Under the pieces are notes generated by a model. It was not told where the DNA came from and searched no databases. It worked only from the letters and a program-made list of their open reading frames with translations. Positions 38,431-52,400 of a stretch of 64,000 bases of DNA are shown in pieces (position 1 is the stretch's first letter; each line of letters opens with the position of its first letter). A program made the translations under genes and the position numbers. Location of the stretch: assembly GCF_006345805.1 (NCBI RefSeq), contig NC_042997.1:136648001-136712000 (forward strand), in the 5' to 3' direction. Source of the stretch: Octopus sinensis. Taxonomy: Eukaryota.

Positions 38431-39562
38431 TATTATCATTATTATTATTATTATTATTATTACTAAATGATAAAGAGGAACATATATTCTTTTAATCCGT
38501 GTGAATACAATCTGCTGCAAATAATTAACTCTAGAAATGAACAGTTATTGCCAGTCGTTGTGCGATGCGTAAGTTAAGTCAAATTAAGAGTCCGACTAAA
38601 TCAGTGTTTCGTAACCAAAGAAGTAAATATATCATATTTATTTGTAATACACTATATCTGGTCAGCCTGTTTATGTTAGCAGTTTTATCTATATGAAGCG
38701 ATACGGAGTTTTTATATTTTCTTGAAGCATCTGGAGGATTTCCCATATTGTCAAAGATATTCGTCGTTATGAGATAAAATAATCTTAAATACTTAGGTTT
38801 TTCTTCTACAATCAAATGTCATCGGATGAAATAATTGAAGATTATATAACAGATTTCTCGAAAAGTGGTAAGAGGTGAGTTGCATCGATGTGGATCCGTG
38901 AGATCTGATCGAAGAAATTCGTTAAATGAAAACGTTCATGATCGCTTAGATCTGTGCTTCCCATCCTTGGAACAATGGCAAACTTCAGTGGGTTCACAGA
39001 AAATTCGGGAATTAGATGGAGTCATAGGCTCGGTGAAGGAGGCCATATAACTACCATTCTGTTTCTTCTTTAAATTTTCTGATATTGTCCGTAATTCTTT
39101 AAAAATTTATACACAAAAGCCCACTTACACACATACATACAATGCATTTTCTATGTTTTAAGTTCCGGCATGACAGAAAAAAGGATTCATTTGATAAGTT
39201 CGAAAATAACTTATCATTCATGAATAAAGTGTCAAGTTGACATTGGAAAGTCTGGTATGAATTAAATATCATATTACTGCATTGAAGTTCAAACATCCGG
39301 TGACAATCTCTCAGGGTAATAGCTTGCATCGCTTCATTGAACTTTGAGACAATGTAATGTTTCTGAATGATAAGCAACCAAATGTAATATATTCAAACTT
39401 GCATATATTTTTGAGAAGCTAAATTTGTTGAACAAACAGCTAAAAAGTAAAACTACAATTTTTTTAGTTTCCAAAACGGTTAAATTTTTTTCTTTTTCTT
39501 TCTTTTTTTTTTTTTGATCTTCGTGGTTTTCGTCACTGTTTACAATTATCTTTAAAAACTTT

Positions 39563-39968
39563 GGATCTTTTCGGTTTGACCGGCAGTTTTTTTAATAATT
39601 TCCACGTAACTAAACACTTTTAAACTTCGTATACTGGTAGAATGTGTTAATAAAACATCTTTTTCTTTTGGCTTTATTGAGAAAATTCTATGGTTTGTAA
39701 GATATTTGTTGTTTTTCTTCAATTTCTGCAATTTCAACCAATCAATGACGTCTATTGAGGTGAAAACATTCTGTGCCGTATGAATATGTCCCTCGTTTAA
39801 GAAACAGATTGGGTTTATTTACATTTCAGAAGAAAAAAAGTTACCCTTCCCCCCACCCCTAACCCTAAAAGAGATTGAAATGCAATAGATCGATACTAGG
39901 GTCATAATTATGGGTGACAATTTCATATGACGCCGCTAGAAAAACTGCCGTTCAAACCGAAAAGATCC
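39563..39968. mobile_element. Mutator-like MITE, ~30-bp TIRs, internal CCCTAA motifs
   Basis: TIR GGATCTTTTCGGTTTGACCGGCAGTTTTT / AAAAACTGCCGTTCAAACCGAAAAGATCC; flanks aaaacttt / caaacttt. Confidence 0.88.
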
Positions 39969-40790
39969 CAAACTTTTTTTTTATGTATCATATAGAATTA
40001 ATTTTTGACACTGAATTCGAATTTGTTTTTCATTTATTCCAGAAAAATTTTGCAAAAATGTTACAGGTGTTCAAAGTTTGGTCAATTTCGGAATTTTCAG
40101 CCAATCAGAAAACAGCACGTTTGCTGCCTCTTTCATCATCGGGGGTGGGGGGTATCGGCATGTCAAAACATTAAACTAGCTTCGCGAGCAAATTAAATTT
40201 TAAATTAAAAGCTACGAACAAAAAAAAACAGGAGTTTCTAGAAATAACAGTCAAAACATTTAAATATACACGAGCAAAGTTAATATTAAAACATTCACAA
40301 TATTTAAAATATTACATCAACAAGCAAAACATTGTTTAAAACACAGAATTTATTAGTTAGAAAAATTCAAGAACGAAAATTTGCAATGCACTCTAGGATT
40401 TTATAAAATAAATTATCTTTCTCGTATCTCCTTCTCCACATAAATTCACAAATATAAAAGTCAACTATGCTCAAGTACTTTCAATTTGTTGAAAGCCCCA
40501 TCTGTTATGAAAAACAATTACAGAACAAGTGGTGGTTACACTATTTGTGCGTATGCGCAGCATCTATGGTTACTATGGAAACAGAGTTCTTCGCAATCAG
40601 CTATGGAACGCGTGGTGCTTCTTTACTTTGGTTACTAAAGAAACAGACTTCTTCACCACGATGACGTCTAAAATACTCGCTTCTGATTGGCTAAAATACC
40701 CAAATTTTGCAAATATTAAAGGCTGATAACTTTTTAACTATGGATTTATAGGGAAAATGAATTTCATTTTCATAATTAGTATACAAAATT

Positions 40791-41200
40791 GATTCTTTTA
40801 GGTTTGAACGGCAGTTTTTAACATAATTTCTAGGTAACTAAAAAAATTTTAAACTTCGTATACTGGTAGAATGTGTTTATAAAACATCTTTTTCTCTTGG
40901 CTTTATTGAGAAAATTCTATAGTTTGTAAGATATTGGGTCTTTAATTTCTTCAATTTCGGCAATTTCAACCAATCAAATACGTCTATTGAGGTAAAAACA
41001 TTCTGTGCCGTATGAATATGTCCCTCGTTTAAGAAACAGATTGGGTTTATTTACATTTGTGAAGAAAAAAAGATACCCTTTCCCCACCCCTAACCCTAAA
41101 AGAGATTGAAGTGCAATAGATTAATTCTTGGGTCATAATTATGGGTGACAATTTCATATGACACCGCTAGAAAAAACTGCCGTTCAAACCGAAAAGATCC
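40791..41200. mobile_element. Mutator-like MITE, same family
   Basis: Perfect 9-bp TSD TACAAAATT on both sides. Confidence 0.9.
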
Positions 41201-41209
41201 TACAAAATT

Positions 41210-42378
41210 TAATCCGTATACCAAATTTGAAAACAATTGGGACAAAACTGTTAACAGTGATGAAAACCACAAAGATTCTTTTTTTTTTTTTTTTTCCAGG
41301 ATAAATATTGGGAGTAAGGAATTCATACATTTCCCAACACTTGCTGCTGTTGAGGAGTTGCAAGAGAATGATATTTTAGTGTACATTGAGTACTTGAAGA
41401 AATTACACAATGATATGGAAATTAGGTTGAAAGATCTCCTGGAAATGAACATTCCAAGTTTGGTGGAAGACTTATTTCGGACAAATGCAGCTGATGTTGA
41501 TATAATAAAGCTTTATTGAGTAACTGAGCAATCACACTGCTCAAGCTAAATTTAATCACGGGCCCAATAATTTATGGACAAGTAGTGAAATTTCTATGAA
41601 ATTCCCTTCACTTTGGCAGGAATTAAAATTATATTTTACTACATTCAAGCGTCTTTCCTGCAATCTAAAGCACGCAATCGCTTAGTAATTGTGAGTAGAG
41701 ATGATTTTTGTTTGTCTCTAACAGCCATGGTCTTGATATTGAAAAGCGAGTGAAACTGCGTCAGTTACAAGGATTTTACTGAATAAATACACTAAAAGGA
41801 TAAAAAGTTGTTGTTTTTTTGGCGGGGGGGGGGTAAGAGATTATGCTTTTGTTTCTCAAAAGTGTCAATAGAAGTTTTTTGTTACGCATGTTATATCACA
41901 AAATCATATATAATTATAAATAGTTGTTTTTTTTTTGTTTTTTTTTTTTTAACCTACAAAATATTTTTACTTTTTGTGAAATAAAATAGAGAACAAATAT
42001 GCATTTAATAGATACTGGTATTTTTATGGAGTCTATTATGTTAATGGAGCAAAAGAGGTCACCACTAAAAATAACATTTGTTTAATGTTTATTTGTTATA
42101 AATTTTTGTTCAAAAAATTCATTACATCATTACAAACAATATTCATAGAAATAAATTTCATAATAAAACTAAATTAAAACAATTGATATTTAAAATTTCA
42201 TTATTTTGATGAATTTAACAAATTATGGTTTTTATTAAAGCTTTTAAGTTTTTTTAAAAGTGACTTGTTTCTACTTTTAACCATTTATTACAAAATTCAA
42301 ATAAATTTTTCACTACAATATCTAAAAGCCACGGAAAAATTAAAGGTGTGGGAGTGAGGCATGAACTAAAAACCACTG
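41210..42378 (+). mobile_element. 3' half of a degenerate hAT transposon
   Basis: HFPTLAAVEE..LKKLHNDMEIRLKDLL resembles the hAT transposase C-terminus; ends aaaaaccactg (revcomp of a CAGTGGTTTT-type TIR). Confidence 0.65.
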
Positions 42379-42608
42379 GTTTAGAGAGCTACTCGAATTG
42401 AGAAGGCGGTAGTAACGTTTTTTTTAATTTAATTTTATTTATTTATCATTATTTTTTTCTCTAGGGTGGAGTAAAGAAATACTTTCCTTGTCTTCTTTAC
42501 AGTTCGGCAATGCTTCGTTGATGAGACTTCCATGTCTGTGTAGCTTAACCTGATCTGGCAGTAAAACCTGGCAACAATACAAACACTAAAAATATTTGGA
42601 AATTATCT

Positions 42609-43113
42609 GGCGGAGGGAAAGGACGTGGACCGCACCCCCTTTCGGTTATTTCTTGGGGGGGAAGGGTCTACAGAAACCCACCTTTTTGACTGGAGATATT
42701 CCGAATCTGCAAAAAAAATCGGTATTTCAAAATGTCGTGTGTATGTATGTGTGCCAAAAAAACTAATGTTTACATACCTCTCTTAATTCCAAAAGACCCT
42801 CAACCACATGTTCACTTTCTGTCACGGATGCGCTGGTGGAGTGGAGGAGGTGTTTATTTATTTATTTTTGAAAAATTAAAATTTTGCAATTTTTTTCCCC
42901 CAGAATCATAATCTCGGTATTTTTCTACGTATTTCGCTAAAAAAAATTCTGAAAAAAATGGTGTGGGGTGGGGGGATTAAAATTTTGAAATGCCGACTTT
43001 TTTTTTTTTTTTTTTGTAGATTCGGAATTTCCGCAGTCGAAAAAGTGGGCTTCTGTATGGAAAAAAATTATAATAACCGAAATGGGATGCGGTTCATGTC
43101 CTTTACCTCCGCC
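42609..43113. mobile_element. Foldback MITE with ~130-bp TIRs beginning GGCGGAGG and an 8-bp TSD
   Basis: AATTATCT at 42601-08 and 43114-21; arms clearly complementary. Confidence 0.88.
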
Positions 43114-43600
43114 AATTATCTTTCATCTTCGATCCAAAAGTCTTATCTGATATATGCCTAGAATACCCGTCATGCCAATGTCGTTCATGACCTACATTAA
43201 ATGGGAGGGTGGTACCACCGGACGTTGACCCAGCTTGTGATTTCCTGTGTACATCGCACAACACTGAATACTCGCTTTCCTCTTTACGTTTGCAGGCGAC
43301 GAGTGGTTCATAACAGACGACCATATCTGCTTATCGTTAATCATTATTATACTAGTGAGAAAATAAATTGGAATTATTTCTGTTCTTGTTTATTTTTATA
43401 TATAATTTTCTGAGACATTTAAAAATCGAGTAAAATTTTAAAAGTGAAAAAAAATATTTGGTTTATAACTAAAAGAAAGAATATAGTTCTTCGTCGAACT
43501 GTTTTAATTTCAAAACCAAGATTCCTCAGTATTTTCTACATGAGAAAGCAACATTCTTCTAGAATTATATTTCCAATATATTTGTTGATACGTCCCATAT

Positions 43601-43857
43601 CAGTGGTTCTCAACCGGGATTCATATGACCCTTGCGATTCCATATAAAATTTTGTTGTTAAAATTTATCTGCAATAAATTGGTTATACTTGTGCAATACA
43701 CAAAATATTTTCACAATTTTTTATATACAATTCCTAATAATATTTAATTATAAATATATAATAAGGTTTGTTAAACATCGAATGGATAGGAAGGTCAATT
43801 CGAGTAAATTAGGAATCAAAGAAGTCCATAGGTTAAAAAAATGGTTGAGAAACATTG
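43601..43857. mobile_element. hAT-type MITE
   Basis: TIRs CAGTGGTTCTCAACC / GGTTGAGAAACATTG; 8-bp TSD TCCCATAT / TCCTATAT. Confidence 0.85.
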
Positions 43858-44903
43858 TCCTATATGAACCAACAACGAAATCTCTATGGTGTCGTTCAAT
43901 CAGCTAGAAATAAAAGACAAATCTCCATCAAAGCGCACTCAAAAGATTTCGAAAACGGAAGAATATATTGGATAAGTTTATTTTTTATAATAGATTTTTA
44001 ATAAAACTTATGGATTTTTACCGAGCCCCTATAAATTAAACTATACTCTGTCACCTATGAAATGAAGTCTTTGAGAAAAATAGTGAAAGAAGCACGAAAT
44101 AAACAGAAGCAAAAAAAGGCAGGAAGTGACGCAAAGCAACTAACTAAAATCATAATTTAGAGAATTTTAGAAGTTGGAGCAAACATGGCTACAGTTTCAG
44201 CTCTTCTTCGTTCTACATAATATGTTCGATCTGTAAGAGATACACAATGGATTCGTAACCAAAGACCGAAACCTCAGTCTTCATGTTTGTTCCCATTGAC
44301 ATCAGAATGTGCACATAATATCTATTTGTTGAACCGTTTAAATTTGCCATCATCTTAGGTGAAACAGAGGTTGATTTAGATAAGCCCATTCTACTCTATT
44401 TTTAGTGATCTAGTTCGGCTGTTACACAGGTATACATTCGTGATACATGTAAAAAAAAAAAAAAAGAGAGAGAGAGAGAGACAGTCCTTCTGAAATTTTT
44501 CAGACAGTTTGCTTCTATCTACCTTAGCGACATTGCTGAGACTAAGTTTCCGAGACGGATAAACTTTTTTCGCGCGGAACTTGAACCATTTACCCTGCTC
44601 CTTCGACACACATAGTGGCAGACTGTTTACATCGAAAATTTTAAAGGCAGAGAAGAATCATTAACAAATTATATTTTACCACGATTAAAAAAGAATCGTT
44701 AATAAATTATATTTTTTCACAATTAAAAAGAAAAAAAAGTAATAGCCACTGAGAGTAAGGGAAAACATCAATTTACACCTCATGAAATTTGTGAAATCCA
44801 GTTCAATATGACACTCTCGTCGACAATAATTCAGGAAAATCATATCAAAATAACATCAGCTACTATCAACTTAGCTATAGATAATTCTAGAAACCCAAAT
44901 ATA

Positions 44904-45115
44904 CTTTTCTACTCTCAGCACAAGGCCCGAAATTTTGGGGGAGGGGGCCAGTCGATTAGATCTACCCCAGTACACTACTGGTACTTAATTTATCGACCCC
45001 GAAAGGATGAAAGGCAAAGTCGACCTCGGCGGAATTTGAACTCAGAACATAAAGACAGACGAAATACCGCTAAACATTTCGCCCGGCGTGCTAACATTTC
45101 TGCCAGCTCGCCGCT
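44904..45115 (-). mobile_element. SINE family 2 (tail A)
   Basis: Reverse complement of the 22.7 kb copy. Confidence 0.85.
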
Positions 45116-45904
45116 TTTAGAAACCCAAAGATAAGAACCAAAATGACTTTAACGTTCACTTTCAACGGTAGGTAACATTGCAGCAAAAGACTAAGATGAC
45201 GATGAAGGCGAATAGGTGTGGGTGCAGTTCACACACATATTTTCACATCTCGTCTCTGCAACTGAGTTACTCTCATGGATCGAGTACAGGCTGGAGTTGG
45301 ACATTTGGCGCTCATTACACTGAGTCATTCGGACAATATGGTCAGCGGAAAGACAACACTTATTCTGTGTAAATTAGTGGGTTGTTTACGTGAAATTGAC
45401 TAGGAAATTATTCAAAACGTTAACGAGGACAATCTAAGTAATCTTTTCTAAGAGACTTTAAGGCATGGATTATGAGCAATTTCCTAAAGTCCTCGGCCTG
45501 AACAGTGCTATGGGTTGGTTAAAACATTATTTGTTTGAGATTAGTTCTGTAGTCATTGGTCCGGCTTCCTGCAATAAGAATCCACTCGCCGTTATAGCAA
45601 GAGATTTTCTACATAATAGCTGTGATGAAGGAAGTTATATGATGTATGCTGTTTGAGGACAGAGATTCTCCTCTCTAGCCAAACTAAAATAATAATAATA
45701 ATAAATGAAAATGCGAAACTTCTTTAAATGATAATGTAACTGATGTTTCTTACACACGTATAAAGTTCGATAGGTTTTTGTTTTGTTTTTTCTTAGTTTT
45801 CTTTTGTCTCTTTATTTTGTTTTGTTTTTGTTCTTTGTTTTTTTTTTACGTTGAAGACTCAATAAAAGTGACAGCAGTAGCGAAATTTGAAGGACTATAT
45901 TACA

Positions 45905-45977
<73 letters not shown>

Positions 45978-45999
45978 CTCTTGCACTCAAGCTTCCTTC

Positions 46000-46261
46000 A
46001 AGAGCTGGGGTGGAGAATGCAAACGTATTCACGCCTCACGAAAACTGGAGGGAGCTTTTATCCGCCATCTAAAAATGAAATGAAACAGACACTAGCCTAA
46101 CACTGGACCTTCACTAAATAGCAATTACCCCATAAATTCATCCATAACACTCCCTATGAAACTTTGTAGCTGCAGACACTCAACCTCCTACCCTTTAAAT
46201 AATCGCTGTTTTACTAAAAACATCGTTTACAAATGCACAGTATCAGCGACCAACTCTAACT

Positions 46262-46266
<5 letters not shown>
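46000..46266 (+). mobile_element. Penelope-like element, 5' part of GIY-YIG endonuclease region
   Basis: CSCRHSTSYPLNNRCFTKNIVYKCTVSATNSNYR; the frame continues after 55392. Confidence 0.75.

Positions 46267-46332
<66 letters not shown>
46262..46332. repeat. (GATA)n at the 3' end of Tx1 copy B
   Basis: About 17-18 units. Confidence 0.97.
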
Positions 46333-46333
<1 letters not shown>

Positions 46334-49012
46334 CTTTCTTTTATTAGCCACACAGGGCTGAATACAGAGGGGACAAATACAAATGCAGAGCTTTTCTTTT
46401 CGAGGGTGGAAAAAAATAAAAAATGTAAGATTGCGATCAAAAGGGATCGAGAGGAGGAAAAAAAAGGAAAAAAAAGAAAATCGTGTATCACAGAAATAAT
46501 GGTGTAAACATTGATATAACAAGATTGGGTTCATCCGTGGGAAGAAAAGCCTACAGAAAAGACCACGGGAACCCCAGTCAGGGAGGAAATAAACACATGA
46601 GGTCAAAAATGCTCTCTTTCTTTCTTTTTTACGATCTACAGGATCATGCTCAAAATGGTTTCGTTACTAGCACGCACCATCTTTGCAACATTCACCCATC
46701 TTTTTTTTAATCTTTCGCGAGACAAAACTTCCCTCTCCATTCTCACCTTCCTTTTCAAGTGGTACTTGAAAAAGTTGATGAGCGATTGGCCAGAGAGGTA
46801 AGTGTTTGTCTCTAATCCTTTCGCTCGAGTCCACCACACACATTCTTTCACCATGGCCACCAGTACGATGAAAAACTGCCTTGCCTTCCCGGTTGAGGGA
46901 AGGGGGCGGAGCAATTCTCATGATAGACTCGGCCGATAGGCGGATTCGTCCCACACGTGACAGCAGCCGTTCGGCATAAGCCCACAGGTCGGAAATGGTT
47001 GGACATTGCACGAGTGCGTGCAGAACGGTTTCGTCGCTCTGACCGCATCTCGGGCAAGTCGGTCCAGTGTGTCTGGAACCGTGTCTGTAGAGCTTATCCC
47101 GAACAGGTAATGCTTCTCGATAGCACTGCCAGGCCAGGGATCTTTGGTGATTGTTCATAGGTCCCGGCCCGAAAGTTGTCCTGAACAGGCGGGTCAGGTG
47201 TTCCTCGTCGACGCCCAGACTCTGCCCGAGTTCGTCGTCGCACCTCCCCTCCACTAATCCTCTATAGAATGCCTTTGTTGTGATGGAGTCGCACAAGTTC
47301 GATCCCGGACGGCAGAGTTGCTTGAGAGCAACGCGACACTCGCGGTGCCATTCGCCTAGCCTCGGTCTCTGCTTGATCCATGACTGTAGTTCGTCCAAGG
47401 AGACGAGCTGCGGGAAAGCGCGCCGCACAAAAGGCGACCACCCCTGTTCACCGTTGTCTATGAAGCGCCGGAGATGTCGCAGTCTCAGCGCATGTCTGCG
47501 CATCATCAACCACGGCATGCCCAGCCCTCCATTTAGCGGGTGTTGGCAGCAAATGGATCGCCTAACCATCGGAACGTTTCCCTTCCACAAGAAGCGGAAG
47601 AGTATGCGTTCCAGTTTGGTGATGGTAGGGTCGGGACAAGGCACGACGGTCAGACGATACTCGATGACGGATGCGATGTACGCGTTCGCCACCTCCGCCC
47701 GACCTTTTAGGGATAGCTTTCTCTCAGTCCATTTCTGGGTGAGAGTAGCCACCCTAGTCGTTATCTCGCCCCAGTTCTTCTCCATTTGGAGGTCCGGACC
47801 GAACCAGACCCCGAGCAATTTAACCGGTCCGTCCGTCCAGCGTCCCACGATGGAGACGCTGTTGGACGGCATGGGCTTGCTTCTCCAGGTGCCGAGCCGC
47901 AAGCCCACTGACTTTTCCCGGTTAATTTTTGCTCCCGTTACCGCTTCGTATTCTTTCAGTCTCTCGCCGACCAGCTCGATGTGCTCGTAGCTCGACACTA
48001 TGACGGTGACGTCATCCGCGTATGCAGACACGCTCCTCCCGCATCCCAGCTCTCGTGGGATGCCCCTCAGCGTCGCCAGTTTCCGCAGTAGTGGCTCAAG
48101 AGTCAGTACATACAGCAGCGATGAGAGGGGGCATCCCTGACGAACCGAACGCATGATGTTAAAAGGTCTGGATAGATGACCATTTACGCGAACTACTGAG
48201 CGGATGCCGCTGTATAAGGCAGCGATCCAACCGCGGAAAACTGGACCGAAACCAGCCGCTTTAAGGACAGCCTCCAAGTAGTGATGGTCTACCCTATCGA
48301 AGGCTTTTGATTGATCCAAATTGATCAGCGCCCCACCCATGCCAGGATTTTTAACTACCCTGTCTATGATGTAGCGCATCAGGTGGAGGTTGTCATGAAT
48401 ACTTCTACCCGGCACGGCGCATGTTTGCGCCTTGTCGATTAGTTTCTTGATGACAAGCGCCAACCTCTCGGCTAACACCTTGGCCAAAATTTTCAAATCT
48501 GCGTTGAGCAGAGTGATGGGCCTGAAATTATCTATGGCGTCCCCCTTGTTTGGGTCTTTCTTGATCAGTGCCACTGCTCCTCGCTTTACAAAAGCAGGAA
48601 TACTCCCGTTCTGCTGCCAGTTGCAGTAGACAGCTGCCAAGACGCCTCCAAACAAGTCTGGCATATGAAAATAAAATTCGTAGGGCAGACCATCCAAGCC
48701 TGGTGACTTGTCTCTCGCGCAGCCTACCATCGCATCCTGTACGTCCGCAGCTGTGATAGGCTTTTCACAAGACTCCACCTCCCTTGCTGAGAGTCGTGGC
48801 AAGGCATGCAGGTAGGCACTAAAGTCCACTCTGCTTTCTGACTCACCACTTATCCCAAACAGTTGGGTGAAGTGTTGTTGAAAAACCCCACACATCCTTT
48901 TAGGCTCGAGCAATTCGCGCCCCTGTTCATCTATAAGAGACTTGATGGTGGCTCTGTTGCCTCGTTGCGTCTCCACCACTCGGGCCTCTTGGGCGGCTCC
49001 AACTCCTTCGTT
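46333..49012 (-). mobile_element. 5'-truncated Tx1-clade LINE, copy B (RT + C-terminal zinc finger)
   Basis: ORF with KSPGLDGLP, DQSKAFDRV, VRQGCPLS, YADD, CPRCGQSDETVLHALVQC; one frameshift near 46830; ends AATAAAAGAAAG then (TATC)n. Confidence 0.95.

Positions 49013-49076
<64 letters not shown>
49013..49076. repeat. (GATA)16 between Tx1 copies
   Basis: 64 nt. Confidence 0.97.
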
Positions 49077-49478
49077 TGTTTCTTTATTAGCCACACAGGG
49101 CTGCACACAGATAGAACAAATTACAAGGTAGAGCTTTTCTTTTGAAGGTTTAAAAAATAAAAAAAATAAAAAATAAAATAAAATTAAAATAAAAAAGGGG
49201 GGGTCGATCAAAAGGGATCGTAAAAGGAGAGAAAGAGGACAAAAAGAAAGGGGGGGTTAAAGAAAAAAGGGGGAGAGGAAAAAAATTGATCAATAGGGAT
49301 CGTTATCACAGAAATGTCAATATGAAGTGTAAAGGGGAGGACAGGTGAGGTTTACCCGTGGAAAGAAAAGCCTACGGAAAAGACCACGGTAACCTCGGTC
49401 AATGAAGTCACATGTTATATTTCTTTTTTTTTTTTTTTTTTTTGCAAATAAGCAACTCTCTGTATTAATTTTTACGGT

Positions 49479-52400
49479 TCATAGAATCATAGTCAAGGTG
49501 GCTTCGTCATTCATACGTGCCATCCTTGCTACATTTACCCATCTTTTTTTAAAACATTCACTAGACAAAACTTGCCTCTCTACTCTCACTTTTTTCTTCA
49601 AGTGATACTTGAAGAAGTTGATGAGAGATTGACCAGAGAGGAAAGTGTTTGTCTCTAATCCTTTCAGACGCGTCCACCAGATACATTCTTTCGCCATAGC
49701 CACAAGTATGATAAAAATAGCTCTTCCTTCCCGTTTGAAGGAAGGAGGCGTGACGATATTAACGATAGACTCGGCTGATAAACCGACACGTCCACACGTG
49801 ACAGCAGTCGTTCGACATAAGCCCACAGGTGGGAAATTGCTGGACACTGCACGATTGCGTGCAGAGCGGTTTCGTCGCTCTGCCCGCATCTCGGGCAGGT
49901 CGGCCCCGTGTTTCTCGAGCCATGCCTATAGAGCTTATCCCGAACGGGTAGCGCTTCTCGGTAGCACCGCCAGGCCAGGGATCTCTGGAAGTTGTCCATA
50001 GGTCCCGGGCCGAAAGTCGTTTGAAACAGGCGGGTCAGGTATTCCTCGTCGACGCCCAGGTTTGCCCCGAGCTCGTCGTCGTACCTCCCCTCCACTAATC
50101 CCCTATAGAATGCTTTGGTTGTGTTGAAGTCACTCAAGGTCGACCCGGGACGGCAGAGTTGCTTGAGAGCAACGCGACACTCGCGGTGCCATTCGCCCTT
50201 CTTCGGCCTCTTTTTGATCCACGACTGTAGTTCGGTCATGGAGACGAGTTGCGGGAATGCGTGCCTCACAAACGGCGACCACACCTGTTCACCGTCGTCT
50301 ACATAGAGCCGGAGATGTCGCAGTCTCAGCGCGTGTCTGCGCATCATCAACCACGGCATGCCCAGCCATCCTTTTAACGGGTGTTGACAGCAAATGGATC
50401 GCCTGACCATCGGGACGCATCCTTTCCACAAGAAGCGGAAGAGGATGCGTTCTAGTTTGGTGATGGTAGGGTCGGGACAAGGTACGACGGTCAGGCGGTA
50501 GTAGATGATGGACGCGATGTACGCGTTCACCACCTCCGCCCGACCTTTTAGGGACAGTTTCCTCTCGGCCCATTGCTGGGCGAGAGTGACCACCCTACTC
50601 GTTATCTCGTTCCAGTTCTTCTCCATTTGGAGGTCCGGACCGAACCAGACCCCGAGCAACTCAACCGGGCCGTCTGTCCAGCGTCCCACGACGGAGGTAC
50701 TGGTGGACGGCATGGGCTTGCTTCTCCAGGTGCCGAGCCGCAAGCCCACTGACTTTTCCCGGTTGATTTTTGCTCCTGTCACCGCTTCGTAGTCTTTCAG
50801 TGTCTCGCCGACCCGCTCGATGTGCTCGTGGCTTGACACTATGACGGTGACGTCGTCCGCGTATGCAGACACGCTCGTCCCGCATCCTAATTCTCGCGGG
50901 ATGCCCCTCAGAGTCGCCAGCTTCCGCAGTAGTGGCTCAAGAGTCAATACGTATAGAAGCGCCGAGAGGGGCATCCCTGACGGACCGAACGTGCAATGTC
51001 GAAGGGTCTCGATAGATGTCCATTTACGCGAACTACCGAACGGATGCCCCTGTACAAGGCAGCTATCCAGCCGCGGAAGACGGGACCGAAACCAGCCGCT
51101 CTCAGGACTGCCTCCAAGTATCGATGGTCTACCCTATCAAAGGCTTTCGATTGATCCAAGTTGATCAGGGCCCCACCCATGCCAGGTTCGTTAACTACCC
51201 TGTCTATGATGTAGCGCATCAGATGGAGGTTGTCATGGATGCTCCGGCCCGGCACGGCGCACGTTTGTGCGTTGTCGACCAGTTTCTCCATGACAAGCGC
51301 CAACCTCTTGGCTAACACCTTTGTTAAAATTTTCAGGTCTGCATTGAGCAGAGTGATTGGCCTAAAGTTATCTATAATGTTTCCCTTGTTTGGATCTTTC
51401 TTCAGCAGAGTTACAGCTCCTTGACTCACAAAACCGGGTATGCTCCCGTTTTGCTGCCAGTTGCAGTATACCGCTGCCAAGACGTCTCCAAATAAGTCTG
51501 GCATACAATAGTAAAATTCGTAGGGTAGACCATCCAAACCCGGTGATTTGTCCCTCGAGCATTCTGCCATCGCTTCCCGCACTTCCGCCGCCGTGATGGC
51601 ACCTTCGCAGCACCCTGCCTTTCTTGTCGAGAGTCGTGGCAGGCTATGTAGGTAGGCACTGAAGTCTACCCTACGTTCTTGCCCTCCACTCGTCCCGAAC
51701 AGTCGGGCAAAATGCTGCTGAAAGGCCTCACACATTTTACTTGGATCGAGCAATTCGCGCCCCTGTTCATCTACCAGTGACCGAATGGTGGCTTTGTTGC
51801 CCTGTTGCGCCTCTGCCACCCGGGCCTCTCTCGCGGCTCCAACACCTTCGTTCCTTAGAGCACGCATCCTAGCTCTGACAGCACATCCTTCGTGTTTGGC
51901 GTTGAAGTGTTGGTCGAGGGCCAACCTCGCCGCCAAAACGTCGGATGCGATGCCGCTTCTAATTGCCTCTTCTAGCTTCTTAACTAGCTCACCCTCTACT
52001 CTATTTCTATCTATGGCTAGTGCTTTGCTGTACCTAATCGCTTCTGCTTTTACTGCTCTCTTGAGGGCAAACCACCGTTTGTTGTTGATGATGGCTCCCG
52101 TCAAAGCCCTCTTTACTAGTGTGCTAATCCGGTCTCTGAAAACTTGTCTGGACGGGAATGATGCGTTCAGTTTCCAGTACCCAGGACCCTGTCTATGTGC
52201 CTTATCTAAGTCTAGCGTACACGTCACCAATTTGTGATCCGTGTAGCTGACTGTGTGGAATTGTGGACATCCTAAGTTATCCTTGTCTACTGTCCTACAC
52301 AGTATCCTATCTAGATACGATCTCGACGACCCACTGCGGTTGCTCCATGTCCACGTTGGTGCATTTGGGTGGTCGAGTCGGTACCTGTCAGACAGTTGGA

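Noticed and set aside
38600-39400. Non-repetitive-looking minus-strand ORF pieces (39099-39377, 38579-38815)
   Set aside because: No recognisable domain or consistent exon structure; needs a translated search.
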